Below are positions 46,088 through 60,499 of a stretch of 64,000 nucleotides of DNA, piece by piece (positions within the stretch are counted from its first letter, which is position 1; each line of letters starts with the position of its first letter). The notes under the pieces are model-generated. The model was not told the DNA's origin, searched no databases, and was given only the letters and a program-made list of their open reading frames with translations. The stretch is from assembly GCA_002269645.1 (NCBI GenBank), contig NIVC01002389.1, positions 97,882 to 161,881 of the forward strand, in the 5' to 3' direction. Source of the DNA: Macrostomum lignano. Taxonomy: Eukaryota. Position numbers and translations under genes: made by a program.

Positions 46088-47340
46088 TTCACTGCATTGC
46101 TCATAAATTTTAGAGCAACATCTTCAGGCAGCAATTTGGTTAGTGCATCACAAAATGTCACCCGGAGGTCCTACTGGCCAGTAGTGCCAGTAGTAGTAGC
46201 TAACAGTAGTGACACACAGTTAACTTTCTGTACACTATTCTGGCGTATTTTTCAGTGTGCATTCAGCTGTTTTTTTTCTCAATTATAATTCTGTCAATCA
46301 TCGCTCATCTCCGGCTAAGCCTTGATCAATTTTCTCCCATCTTGCAAGTTCCTGTTTCCTGTAAAGTTTTTCTGCCACTAAGGATGTCATCTTTGCATAC
46401 GTAATTTATTCAGCTTTTTGTACAGTAAATTTAATTAAAAGTGTATGTAGATATTGGTTTTGCTAGATTTGTGTTAAAATAAATATTAATTTTATACTAA
46501 TAGTATTAGTTACAGTTTATTTTAGACATTACACTATGCCAAAGGCTGCAGCTGCTTATTTTTCTGCGTATAACTCGAAGTGGAGCTTTTTAAAAGCAGA
46601 GTTTGTCCTCTTGTTTTAAACAAATCTTGTTTTTTCCTAAACAAATAACTTGTCCTTTTACTCGAGAGTTAGAATTTAAAGATAATTTTGTTAAAAATCA
46701 GTAGCGCAACTGCCACCTGCCTCTTGTGTTGTTTTTTTGTACATAAAGTTTCATTCATTTTATCACGTCTGCAAACTTCTGTTTTTAAGAAATTAACTGC
46801 TTTGAGAAATAAATAAATTTTAAAAAAAAACAAATAAGACTCGTGATTGTTTAAAAGTTAACTAATTTGATATATGGATATTCTGTCCGAAGTGAATAAT
46901 CAATATTTACTTTATCCAGTGTCCAATGCAAGTAGATATTTTAGCAAATACAAAATGGCAACATGTAATTTTGTCAGTCTGCACAGACTCACTAACACAG
47001 CTAAGCCTAACTTAGGTAAGTAGTTTAGAGTCGGGGAAGACAGACAGGGGATCAGCCACTGCCAGCACAACATGGCTGGAACCCTGGGATAGGGTAAACT
47101 GAAGGTTAAATTATTATAGACAAACTAAAGTTGAGAAATGTACCTCAGTAGTGGTTGAAGTAAGCAATTAGTAAATTATTGCAATAGTATTACAATATAC
47201 ACTTTGACTCAACAAAATACTGAAGTAAATCAACCGCAGCTGGCCTCTACAGTTACGGCTCGAATAAATGTGCAATTTATGAAAGATTTTCAGCTTTGTT
47301 AATCTATGGTAAATTAATTACTACTCAGGCCAGTAATGCA

Positions 47341-48141
47341 TTATACTCGGGATTCCCTAGGCTCCGAACTCATGCTGGCAGCGGGGCGCCTGCTGCTGGC
47401 TGGCAAGCTTGCAGAATGAGCTGGCTGAATTGAAAGTTTTGCTTCTGGTCGCTGCTGCCGCTGCTGCGATGGCCGCAGACTCTGTCCGTCTTGTGGAGGC
47501 TTTGATGACCTGGCTACAGGAATCGGGGCCTCCCTATGCAAGTCATTATTTGCGGCGGCGGCGGCGGGGCTCTGCCTCAGCTGCGGCAGTATGCTCTCCA
47601 GAGTGCTCCGGACGTCCCTCGGCGTCGGCGCCGCAGACAATCGGCGCACTGCGGCCTCCGCATTCAGCAGGTCGAGCAGCAGGCGGCGCAGCTGCTTCTC
47701 CCATTCCTTGTCGTCGAAGTCTTTGTCGCCGGGCGCGGGTCGCAGCTGGTATTCCTGTACTTCGTTGCCATCTAAAGCCGATACGTAGCCCATGCATTTA
47801 AGCACTTCCTCGTGCAGAGCTACGTGTCTCAATGTGTGGATATAATAGCCCGTACAAGTTCTCACTTTGTGGTACTCCTGTTTCCAGGGAAACATCAGCA
47901 GGTTAAAGGTCATGTAAGCGAAGCTGTGGAATGCTGTTATCAACAGAGGCAGGCTTAGGCTACTATTGACATTTCTTAAAATCAGCTGCTGCATGAAAAT
48001 ATTGCGGCAAACTAACTTCTCCTTTGAATTAATCTCAGTGCATGCATCTTGGTGCACCTGCTGCCAATCAGATGGCCAGACCTCCAAGTTGTCTTTTAGG
48101 CTCCATGGTGGCTGTTGCTGGTCATCTGGAGGCCTCGCCAT
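47341..48141 (-). CDS. SPATA2: SPATA2/tamozhennic-like PUB-domain protein
   Basis: AFHSFAYMTFNLLMFPWKQEYHKVRTCTGYY...VLKCMGY resembles the SPATA2-family PUB motif NLLxFPWKKEF..IKTYTG.F...MGY. Further 3' exons cannot be excluded. Confidence 0.7.
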   Translation of the reverse strand: MARPPDDQQQPPWSLKDNLEVWPSDWQQVHQDACTEINSKEKLVCRNIFMQQLILRNVNSSLSLPLLITAFHSFAYMTFNLLMFPWKQEYHKVRTCTGYYIHTLRHVALHEEVLKCMGYVSALDGNEVQEYQLRPAPGDKDFDDKEWEKQLRRLLLDLLNAEAAVRRLSAAPTPRDVRSTLESILPQLRQSPAAAAANNDLHREAPIPVARSSKPPQDGQSLRPSQQRQQRPEAKLSIQPAHSASLPASSRRPAASMSSEPRESRV

Positions 48142-50111
48142 GCATCCAGGTTTTTGAGTTGAAATTCAAAAACTATCAAAATTATGAGGCAACTTTGTTA
48201 AATTAGTGCCTTCAATATATCAAACATCTACACAAGGATATTATAGTACATTAGTTGAATTACTTTTAAATCTTATATCTAAAGCTGAGTTGATCTCCTA
48301 GATGGCAGCCAGCAGGCAACTCAAATGTGGGACTTATATATATCAATGCAGAATTTTCCAATGCAACAAATAGGCTATATTAATGTTGAAAATTTCAAAA
48401 TTATGTTGGTTAAAAAAGCAAAAAACACTTATTAAAACTTTCTTTGGCCACTTTGCCTCTCTAGTAGAAAGGTGGTGGCATGTTTATAAAAAAGGGTTAG
48501 AGAGGAGACAGCTATCAATTTCTAACTGCCGCTATGTATTGGAAGAAGGTGGGTTGCTATATATTAAGTAAAGTAGGTGGCCCACATTTTATGCTCAATG
48601 CAAAAAACCAAAAACCCCCATCTTGGAAATGCAATTAAATTTAATTTTATTTATATAAAGCTAAACAGCTAAAAGTTGTTAAAAATTATAAGAGATTTTT
48701 TATAACTGTTGCAATTTTAAATTTACAATTAAACTATTTAAAAAAAGTCATCAAAGATATACCTGTAGTAGAATTAAAGGTTTAGCCTATAACTATATTT
48801 TGAATTAGCTCTTTTTTTGGCACAAAGGACAATAACAATAATATATATTATTTAATGTCAATGCAATAATTAGTATCAGTTTTTTCAATTCTTTTGGTTA
48901 GTCATGTATATAAAATTTATATTTTATTACATGTATTTTATATTGTGTAAATTTAATTGAAAAATCAAATATGAAAAGTGGTTAGAGTGAACATTGTGAT
49001 AGATAGTTAAAGAGATAATTGTTGGTTTGAATTTGAACTTTCACTCAATCTAAGTAGAATTTTTAGTGACAAAGCAATTGTTTTTTATTCTTTGAAAATG
49101 ATACTGATGATTGATATTCACTGATGTGATGGAGAGCTTCAGATAAAAAATCTGCAAGAGGAAGGATTAACAAAAAAGTATATAATCAATGTTTTTGTTT
49201 GGGAGCTATGCAGAAAGATGATAAGAAAACGGAAACCAAAGCAATTAAAATATTAATTACTCAGTGTTCCAAACATGTTCTGTACAGTAAGGAGCGAATC
49301 AGGAGCTGAGGTAATTTTATGGAACAGGCTTAATATAGTATTGTATAGTAATCGTTAATACGTTGCAAGAACACCCGTTTAAATACGATGTTATTGATAA
49401 ATACAACAAACAAGAACAGCCTTTTGTAATACTTTATTTTCAAAAAATTAGTAAATTTCTTTAAAATGCCGTGTAAAATGTGAAAATCTAAAAGTAGCAT
49501 ATATATTACTAGTAAATTTTGTTTTAACTTTTGTATCCACAACACTACCGAGTGCGGCAATTCAGTTTTCAACATCTTTTACTTTTCTGCACTGAGAACA
49601 GCTAAACGCAAGCGATTCGACTAGCACAGCGATTGTAGCGATAGTTAAATTCCTTAATGTATAACTTTCTAATGGTACATAAATATATTTAAAATTTAAG
49701 CATCCAAAATCGTTCCAAATCTGTCACATGTGGTTTCTTATTTCAGTATAAATTTTGTGAACGTACTAAGAGAAGTTTTTTATTCCACCTTGCCTAAAAA
49801 TTTTAAATTCTGTAGATGAGTATTTATATATTTTATTGCTTTAGATGGAGAAGAAAGCTGTGGTAGATACTGCAGCACAAAACATTTTTGCAGACAAGAG
49901 ATACAACTTTTATTTACATTCGTCAAGCTGAAAATCAAAATAATATACCTGAAACTAAAAACTATTAGCTTCTTGATGATCAGCAGGATTAATTAAAATT
50001 TTACCTGAATTAATAACCAGCTTACTTTCTATATGGTTTTTTATGTACCTAAATGAGATGAGCATTGAATATAATTTTGTTTCTAGCAAATGAATAACTG
50101 CATATACAAAT

Positions 50112-50394
50112 GGCAATGGCTTGAGTTCCGGCACCGGAACCCATTTTCTAACGGCTACGGATCCGGCATGAGATATAGATGGAACATTATATTTTTCTTT
50201 CTACATGTGGCTGATATTGAGATTTTGTTCTAGATTAAAATTAAAGACAATATGATAAGATTCAGGACGAGATGCTTCTAATATCCAGACTTCTTAAGAT
50301 ATGTTCTTAGCAGTCTTTATATGCTTCTATACGGCACTGCCGGATCCCTAGCTGTTAGAAAACGGGTTCCGGTACCGGAACTCTAGCCATTACC
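50112..50394. mobile_element. 283-bp MITE with ~60-bp TIRs and 9-bp TSD (Merlin- or MULE-type)
   Basis: Left end GGCAATGGCTTGAGTTCCGGCACCGGAACCC...; right end ...GGGTTCCGGTACCGGAACTCTAGCCATTACC. TATACAAAT is duplicated at 50103-50111 and 50395-50403. Confidence 0.9.
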
Positions 50395-51039
50395 TATACA
50401 AATACTTTTCTATTTTGTGCATGGGATTTAGCTAAGGCTATTTACATTTTGCATTTCACACAATGACAGTATATTATGCAATATATATATTTATATTTTT
50501 TTATATATATATATTTATATATTTATATTTTATTTTATTTATTACCTTTCTATTAGTATAAAGAACTTCTAAATTACTCAATAACTTTTCTTGAGTACTA
50601 TTCCGCCGTACACGGTGAAACTGCAGAATTATATCACCATCGCATTGTTTGGTGCCTTCTATCGCATTCTATCCCTCAACTTTATTTTAGAAGTCTGTTC
50701 CTAGCTATAATAAAGTGGCTTCTGTAGTATGTGTTGCGTAATTGAAGACTTGAACTCATTTGATGTGTAATTAAATATTAGAGAATAAATAGAATGAAAA
50801 GCCTAAAATGCATTCAAGTTTTCAAAAATGAATGAATAGTTGCAATTTTATTGATCCAAATTCAAACTTTCAGGAAGTAAATTTTTATATATTCATACAA
50901 AGTAAAAAGCATATTACTATGCTTTGCTCTGAAGCAGCCCCTAAGAATTTTGGCTGTTCTCACTCATAGTTAAGGTTTTTTTAAATCATTGCACTTGATT
51001 AACTCTGCAGCGCCAATAGACTTGCTAAAAATAGCGATC

Positions 51040-52098
<1,059 letters not shown>

Positions 52099-52464
52099 AG
52101 GACGTTATTTCAGCTAAAAATATTTTGAGACACGATGTGAGGATTTTTGCATATTTTAATGTAATCTGTAGAGAAAAAATATGAAATATAATTATTGATG
52201 CGAAGTTTTTACCGTAGCAAATGAACTAAGCTAGAAGTTTATGTCCTAAACCTGTTGTCTGTTATTCTTTCCATCTATTGTCTGTATTTTTTCAAAAAAA
52301 TCTTTCAACCAAAATTTGTCTGTCTTTTGGTTTAATCCACAATAAATACTTCTACAGTGCTGCTGGCGTTCTGTCCTTATGCACGAAATTTGTTTTTGTT
52401 TTTTTAAGAAAATATATCAGCATTGACTAGCGGGCCAGCACTGCTTTCAGTAGGGCTGGCAGCA

Positions 52465-52840
52465 GGATGTCAGTAGGGATGTCAGTAGAGATGTCAGTAG
52501 GGATGGCAGCAGGATGTCAGTAGGGATGGCAGCAGGATGTCAGTAGGGATGTCAGTAGAGATGTCAGTAGGGATGGCAGCAGGATGTCAGTAGGGATGGC
52601 AGCAGGATGTCAGCAGGAATAGCAGCAGGATGTCAGCAGGAATATCAGCAGGATGTCAGAAGGGATGGCAGCAGGATGTCAGAAGGGATGGCAGCAGGAT
52701 GTCAGTAGGGATGGCAGCAGGATGTCAGTAGAAGTGGCAGCAGGATGTCAGTAGGGATGGCAGCAGGATGTCAGTAGAAGTGGCAGCAGGATGTCAGTAG
52801 GGATGTCAGCAGGATATCAGAAAGGATCCCAGCAGGATGG
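52465..52840. repeat. ~23-bp minisatellite (11/12-bp subunits)
   Basis: ATGTCAGTAGGGATGGCAGCAGG-type units. Confidence 0.9.
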
Positions 52841-53004
52841 ACATACAAGCTAAAAGAACATCAGGGAAAAATCACTGGTGCACCTGCTTCCCTCGCTAAT
52901 ACTTCGGCAGACAAAACCTACACACGGGTTTCCAATTCAGCCAGTCACCGTGAGCAGAGCTCCAAGCCGCGCAGAAGCCCCAAGCGCCGCAGTCGGTCAT
53001 CAGC

Positions 53005-56000
53005 ATGACGGAGCCGCCGCAGCCGCAGCTGCACCAGCGGCCGGCCACGGTGGCCGCCTGCGCCCGTCTCGGCCGAGTCGTCAGCGACCCCGCACGCCGG
53101 CGCCGCTACCGCGCTGGCGGCGCTTCCAGCGCAAAGTGGCGACCTTTGGCGGTGCCTCCGCAGCCGCAGAAAGAGGTGCTTTGGAGTCTAGTAGAGTTGC
53201 AGTTAGTCTGTTCAAACATAACTTCAAAACATATAATCAGGTTAAAAAACTGAAACCAATCCCAAACATCTCCCAAACCACGACTAAACATCTCCTAAAC
53301 CATGACTTAAGCATCTCCTGAACCATGCCTAAGCAACTCCTGAACCATGACTTAAGCATCTCCTGAACCATGCCTAAGCATCTCCTGAACCATGACTAAG
53401 CATCTCCTGAACCATGCCTAAGCATCTCCTGAACCATGCCTAAGCATCTCCTGAACCATGCCTAAGCATCTCCTGAACCATGCCTAAGCATCCTGAACGA
53501 TGTCTAAGCATCTCCTGAACCACGACTAAGAATCTCCTGAACCATGACTAAACATCTTCCGAAACGTGACTAAGCATCTCCTGAATCGTGACTAAACATC
53601 ACCTAAGCCATGACTAAGAATCTCCTGAACCATGACTAAGCATCTCCTGAACCATGACTAAACATCTTCCGAAACGTGACTAAGCATCTCCTGAATCGTG
53701 ACTAAACATCACCTAAGCCATGACTAAGCATCTCCTGAACCATGACTAAACATCTTCCGAAACGTGACTAAGCATCTCCTGAATCGTGACTAAACATCAC
53801 CTAAGCCATGACTAAGCATCTCCTGAATCGTGACTAAACATCACCTAAGCCATAACTAAGCATCTCCTGAACCATGACTAAGCATCTCCTGAACCATGAC
53901 TAAACATCTTCCGAAACGTGACTAAGCATCTCCTGAATCGTGACTAAACATCACCTAAGCCATGACTAAGCATATCCTGAACCATGCCTAATGCATGCAC
54001 AAAAATTTCAACAAGCAAACACAAGATAAAAAAAGCACACCAAATGCTCTTGCTTTCATCCACACCCTGCTTAAACCTGCTTCTCACTAAGAACTGAAGC
54101 TGCAATGCAGTGAAAATCACCCATTCTGCTCTCCTGAACCCAATCGAACCGATACCTTCTTCACACTCAAGCCCGAGCGCGGCTTCGCCCTCTTCTCCTC
54201 GCTCACTGCCCGACGCCGTCAAGAGGCCGCTGATTTGACTCCGTCGACTCCGCCGACGCCGCTGGACGCCGGCCAGCTGTTCGCTGCAGAGCCAACGGCC
54301 GCATCAGCGTCCAGCAACGACGCTCTGGTTGGCCACCTGCGCGAGCGAGTCGATGCCCTGGCCAGCCTGCTCGAGGAGGAGCGCCAACGTCGATGCGCTG
54401 AGGTGGCGGAGCTGACGGCCGAGGCTGGCAGGTCGCTGGCGCGCCAGGCCCAGATGCAGGAGGCTGAGGTGGCCGAGCTGGCGGCCCAGCAGAGGGCTGA
54501 GCTGGCCCGCATCGCCGAAGAGAACGCCAAGATGGTAGGTGCCTTCCAACAGGGACCCAACCCTAACCCTAACCCTAACCCTAACCCTAACCCTAACCCT
54601 AACCCTAACCCTAACCCTAACCCTAACCCTGATTCGTTGTTAATTGAAATTTAGGTTAAACCAGCAGCTCATCATTAAGAATTGATAGTAAAAGAAAAAT
54701 CTGATTTTTAAAGAAACAGGTATCATGTTTTTAGGTTTGTTCAGACCAGTTTTCATTAACTGAATCCTTGCATTTTGTTATGCAACTCTGATATTGTTGA
54801 AAAATGATTTAATCCAAACTAAAACCTGCAAGTAGCATCAGGCAGCTCTAAAAGTACTTTCGCCAATCTTGCGCAGCTGCAGGCCGAGGCAGATCGCCGA
54901 CGCGAGTCGCTCAGTCAGCTCGAGTCTCGCATCGAATATCTTGACGGCGGCTTTCACAGTTTTGTGCAGGCCAGCGGTCGCCGCTTCGAAGCGCGCTGGT
55001 CAGCGCGGGCCGCCGAGCTGACAGCCGAGAACGAGGCAGCTGCTAGGCAAATGGCGGAGCTGGCCGCGGCCAGGGCGGCCCAGGAGACGGAGGACCAGCT
55101 GTCGGCGGCGCGGGCGGCCAATGCGGCGGCAACGGAGCAGCTGCGTCGGCGCCAAGCCGAAGCGCTGGAGGAGTTACGGCAGTTGCACGCGCCAGACGAG
55201 GCCGCAATGCTGCAGCTGGCGGCTACAGACGCGGAGGTCAAGGTGAGTAGGGAGGGAAAAGTCGGAATTTGTAGTCTACACTCGGCGATATTCTTTTTTA
55301 CTCGAACATGTTTGCGGCATTGATTATATCTATGGCACAATCTCTCTTGGTTAGTACGGGATTGATTATGTCTATGGCACAATCCCCCTGGCTAGTGCGG
55401 GATTGATTATGTCTATGGCACAATCTCTCTTGGTTAGTACGGGATTGATTATGTCTATGGCACAATCCCCTGGCTAGTGCGGGATTGATAATGTCTATGG
55501 CACAATCTGCCTGGATTATTCCCCTATAGACGGCGGATTCTACAATGCTGCTGAGTTTTATATGGAAAGCCTATATCTCTGGGTGTAGTTTGTACATCGT
55601 ATGACAAAGAAGTAGTGAAGTTTTACGTAAAAGTTTGCCTCGAACTCATAAATACACGTAGTGACTCCAGTGCTTCAATCAATACAAACATGCGTAGCTA
55701 TACTTGTAATCCTTTGCTGAAGAAGTGAAGGATTGCCAAACATTTTGAGTAGCGAAATCCATTTGAGCAGGCTTAAATCTGAGTAAGGTGTACAACGGCC
55801 CCGATTTTTCAATGTTAGACATGTACACTCTCTGTGTTTTCGGGGTTGACCCTCAGAGGCAAGAGTTAAACAAGAGCATTTAGACAAGTTCTGCCGTCCG
55901 CCTCGAACTTGCAGAGCAAACAGTCGCAGCTTCAGTCGCTGCGCCAGCAGCTCAACTCCAGGGCGCGCGATCTTCGCGAGGCCCGACGCCAGCTGGCCGA

Positions 56001-56232
56001 TGCCCAGACGGAGCTGCGTGCGGCGGCCGCGGCAGATGCCAGCAACAATGTTGAGCGCCTGGCGGAAGTCGAGGCGGCCTGGCAGGAGCGGCTGACTCGG
56101 CAGCGGACGGAGCTCGAGGATCTGCGCCGGGCCTGCGAAGAAGTCGGTGCGCCCATCGCGTCGCGGACGACTTCTCGGCGGCCGGCGGCAACGCGGCAGA
56201 GACGCGCCAGCTTCCCAGCCTCATCAGTCTAA
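53005..56232 (+). CDS. Ala/Glu/Arg-rich coiled-coil protein, at least 4 exons; start uncertain
   Basis: Exons ~53005-53175, ~54224-54534, 54877-55242 and 55915-56232. The last two junctions are phase-0 GT-AG. Heptad-rich sequence (LRERVDALASLLEEERQRR; LQSLRQQLNSRARDLREARRQL). Confidence 0.55.
53290..53990. repeat. 22-bp intronic minisatellite with an 88-bp higher-order repeat
   Basis: CATGACTAAGCATCTCCTGAAC monomers; a four-monomer cycle recurs in the right half. Confidence 0.9.
54561..54630. repeat. Interstitial telomeric repeat (CCCTAA)n
   Basis: About 11.7 perfect copies, starting 26 nt after the donor at 54535. Confidence 0.97.
55310..55510. repeat. ~42-bp intronic tandem repeat
   Basis: GATTGATTATGTCTATGGCACAATC... 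about 5 copies. Confidence 0.9.
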
Positions 56233-57999
56233 AGCTTAAGATAAAAGTCAAACTGTGACAAATCATTTTGCTCAACTAATTCGTAGCATTAGCTTAGCTT
56301 ACTTCGTCATTCGAATTTCTCATGACACATTCGTCATTTGCGAATCTCTTGACGCTTGTTTGAAGGAGAACAAATTTCAAAGTATGTGAAAACAATCTAA
56401 GTTGGAAATCATTGCACTCATTGTAATATATCGCAGTAACCACAGAAAATTTAGGAAACTACGTGTTCATGTACATGTCGAAATAGATTTGCCGAGAATG
56501 TTGTACATTGCCTCGTAGTCCTGTAACCCCCTCTGTAACTTCTAACGGCCGCAGACTAGATAGGGGTTCCACTAAAGGAAAATTACCCATCTAGTGGGGT
56601 GAACCCACGGTGGACCCAGACTAGAATATCCTAGTACGAGTCCCGGGGGTACACTGGTGAGGTTTTTTGGGAGGCGTCTTGATAGGCTGTCTTTGGACAA
56701 GAGGATTACGGGATTCACTATTATTCTAGAATCAGAATTCGAGAAGGGAAACCCGCCGGTTTTCTATTTTTAGACTGCAGAAGGGAAACCCGCCGGTTTT
56801 CTATTTTTAGACTGCAGGACCCCGAGGCTACCGAGTCCACAAGTCCTTAAGTCCAGTCGAGCTACGTACCATAGACCAGTGTTCTTTTCTTTTATGGAAT
56901 CCCTGTCCGTTGCAAGCAATGCTCTGCCATGTAGCCACTAACCCGCCTAACCCTCTACATAAGACTATATTGATATCACTCTTGCAACTTGTGCGTGCGT
57001 GAATGTAAATTGCAGAAAAGTGTGCTCCAAACAGACCTAGCCGCCCAACCCCAACTGTGCCCACCCCAAACTCCAAACCTGATAATAAAAATCGTTAACT
57101 TTGCAACCACCGATGTTGAACAAAGACTAGCTATTCCTATCTCCTCTCAACCCCCACCTCACGCCCCGTGGCCGCCACCCCCACGAATTTTGACCCACGA
57201 ATGTACATTACAAAGAGGCCCCATATAGGCCTAACCCCACCCCAAACTGTGGCCTCCCTAACCTCCACAACCCCCCATTTTTAACGTTTAATGTACATCC
57301 CCCCGCACCCTGCGTCCTCTAAATACTTTTCAACTCCTGGCTTCTGGTTCTCTTGCCGTAATTGCCACAAGCATGCTTTAATTTATACTTTAATGCAATT
57401 ACATTACACGTACATGTACATGTACATGTAGGGCTTCTGTAGCGCAAAGCAGCACCACAAAAGTAGGACAAGTATTTAATTTTAACCCAAGCATTTCAGC
57501 GCACCCATCCCAAGCACTGCAGTCTCGGCTTCGAACTCGATTAATTTCTTCCACAAAAAAGCACTTTAAACAATCCATTTTGTCATTCTTCCTAAATCGC
57601 TATTTTGTTTTGCCGCTAGTTTTGACAGCTTTTCTTTTAGTAGCAGCAGTCCATTATTGCTGGAATTCGAGTTAAGTGGGACAACTGCTGAGTTATTGAA
57701 TTCCTGCCCTGCTTTCTTTGTTATATTAATAAACATTTTTATATTGTTTGCTTTTGCCAGAATTTTTTGCTGCCTAGCTATTGCACATCTCTTCTGCAAA
57801 CGCGGAGAAGTTTCTGTCTTTTTGTTGGGCTTGCCTTTCAGTAATTAAAAGGTGAAGAATGTTGCTTGGCGTAACCTAAAATGATTACGAAGTATTAACA
57901 AGAATTTCATGCCTTTTTCAAACTGAGGCTAAAATTAAGGTAATATTGTTCTGTCTAGATTCATTTGTAGTCACTAATCCCTTCTGGACAGATTAGTAG

Positions 58000-58700
58000 C
58001 ACAACCAGTCACACTATTGGTCACTAAATTGGTGACACGTTTGCTCAAACGAACGGTCACATGGTTTATCACACAGTTAAACACACAATAAATCACCTTT
58101 GATCGCGTGATCGATCGGTCATGAGATTGGCCACACATTTTATCACAAGACTGCTCATACGGTTGATCAGAGGATTGGTCACACGGTTAATCATAGGATT
58201 GGTCACCTGTTCGATCATATTATTGGTCACACAGTTGATTTTAGGATTGGTCACACGATTGATTATAGGATTGGTCACACGGTTGGTCATAGGATTGGTC
58301 ACATGGTTGGTCATAGGATTGGTCACATGGTTGGTCATAGGATTGGTCACATGGTTGGTCATAGGATTGGTCACATGGTTGGTCATAGGATTGGTCACAT
58401 GGTTGGTCATAAGATTGGTCACACGGTGGGTCATAGGATTGGTCACACGACTGATCATAGGATTGGTCACACGGTTGGTCATAGGATTGGTCACATGGTT
58501 GGTCATAAGATTGGTCACACGGTGGGTCATAGGATTGGTCACACGACTGATCATAGGATTGGTCACACGGTTGGTCATAGGATTGGTCACACGGTTGGTC
58601 ATAAGATTGGTCACACGGTTGGTCATAGGATTGGTCACACGGTTGGTCATAGCATTAGTCACACGGTTGATCATAGGATTGGTCACAAGATGGCTCACAC
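58000..58700. repeat. 24-bp (2x12) minisatellite
   Basis: GGTCATAGGATTGGTCACA(C/T)GGTT, with a degenerate left part. Confidence 0.95.
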
Positions 58701-60273
58701 AGCGAAAATGAGGAACTTCGCAGCTCAGTGACGCTCCTGCATTTATAACGGATCACCGGACTCAATCTGCAATTCAGTGATCCGTTCAGCTTATAGGAAG
58801 CCAGCTCCAATTTGATGAAGGAGGCTGATCAGTTTACAATGTCGCAGGGAGAAAGTCTGAATTATATTGCCTGCACATCCGCCTTCGCTGCAGGCCTCGA
58901 TTTTTTATACTTGGGAAGCGGCTTGAAAAGCGAACCAGACTTGGTCTTCAATCTTTTCCTACTTGGCGATGCAGCCAAGCCCCATTCATCACCACCGCAC
59001 TGTGACTCTCTGGTCTTCGCGGCATCGGACAAGGATATAAACCCGCGCCTGCTCCCGCTAGGCTTTTTTAGCAACTCTTTCTTTGAAAGAGAACATACGG
59101 AGAATTATCCCCTACCTGCTGAGAAACCGGAACAGCCGGAAGGGCCGGGCGGGCGGGAACACGAGAAACTGCTTGGGTGACGAGGAAGGCCCATTGTGAG
59201 CTTGAGTCCTGTGTCCGTCAGCCGGCGCCATGGGATGAAGCATCAACCAACCAATCTTCTCAATACCAGCTCCAGCTTCTTTTATCCATCCACATCTTTC
59301 TTTATTCCTCTATTTTTCCTTCTCGGCACCTCTCGCCCCCATGCGGCGAGGACAAGCTTATCCCATTCTATAGTTTATTTTGCCGCGACGTGTTTTTAGG
59401 GTGGTTCAAAAAATACTACTCTATGGTGAGTCTTCGGGATTGCGAAGGAAAGGATAGGAAAGAATGTAGTCAGTTTTCCTGACTACTGGTGATACTGTGT
59501 ACAAGACAGAGCAGCTCAGTGGTAAACATTAATTTGGGATTTGAGCACGAAAGGACCAACACCCAAGGCAACAGAGAGTGTACATGCCTGTCGATTAGAA
59601 ACTAGAAAATCAAGGCTGCTGTACACCCTGTGTGAGCGTGGGCCTTCGTACAGTTACAGAATTTAAAAATCATTTGAGGAAGCAGGTACAAGCTCGCACC
59701 AAACCATCGATAACCCAGTCTGTATGGCGATTCTTTCTTGGGCCACCCTCTCTGCTCCCGCCTGCACCCAACACCTACCGCTCAGTTTCCCTGAACTTGT
59801 TGTCGGCTCTCAGTGGTGAATCGGGTTCTGAGACGGGGGTTGTTGGGCGGGTGGCAGGCGCTATCGCCCCTCTCTCCCGGCCAGCACGCTACACCGACAC
59901 TGAGAGCCCGCCCTGCCGCCTCCTCCCGTGCCACTGGGGCTGCAGGAATCGGAAATGTTGCCCCCAACGAATGCATTGACGCCGCTGCTGGAAGCTGAAA
60001 GGCCCGATGACGGAGGCTGGGAGCCTAAGAGTGGGAGGGGGGAGGGGGGCCCTCACAAAGGGCGACCCCGGCATTGGAGCGCTGTTTGATGCCCCGGAGG
60101 GTCCCGTGACCAGCTGGGAGCCCGACTTCCACAAGTCGTAAGTCATGTCACCGGGGCGGCCGCCGCTGGCGTCTCCATTCTCTCGGCCGCCCCACCCCCC
60201 GCTCTTCCACAATACAAATGCTGGAGTCCCGCGGCCTCTGCGCTCTCCGATCCGCCTCGCTCTCTTTGGTTAT

Positions 60274-60431
60274 TATATATCTGCTGCTTTCGGTCCCCCA
60301 GCTTCAGACAGTTGGGAAACGAAAATTCTTGTAGAATAAGTCGCGAGCTAAAGATTTGAACTTGACCCAGCAACCGGCTAGCGACCGAACCGAGGAAGCA
60401 GCAGCACTAACACTAACCGTCGGAGGTAAGC
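60274..60431 (+). promoter_or_regulatory. Candidate Pol II core promoter with non-coding first exon
   Basis: TATATAT at 60274, an Inr-like TCAG about 30 nt later, a strong GAG|GTAAGC donor at 60426, and a GC-rich upstream region. Confidence 0.3.
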
Positions 60432-60499
60432 ATCGGGGCTGTCCTTTTTAGCTCTGGAAATATTTTTGCTCAAAAATCATCTGCTGCTGTCAGCTCTCC

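Noticed and set aside
56500-56830. Hairpins ending in CTAG plus a 38-bp direct duplication, as a possible Helitron end
   Set aside because: No matching 5' TC end or helicase remnant is visible; the structure is ambiguous.
58093-58731. ~200-aa periodic ORFs
   Set aside because: Products of the 24-bp tandem repeat.
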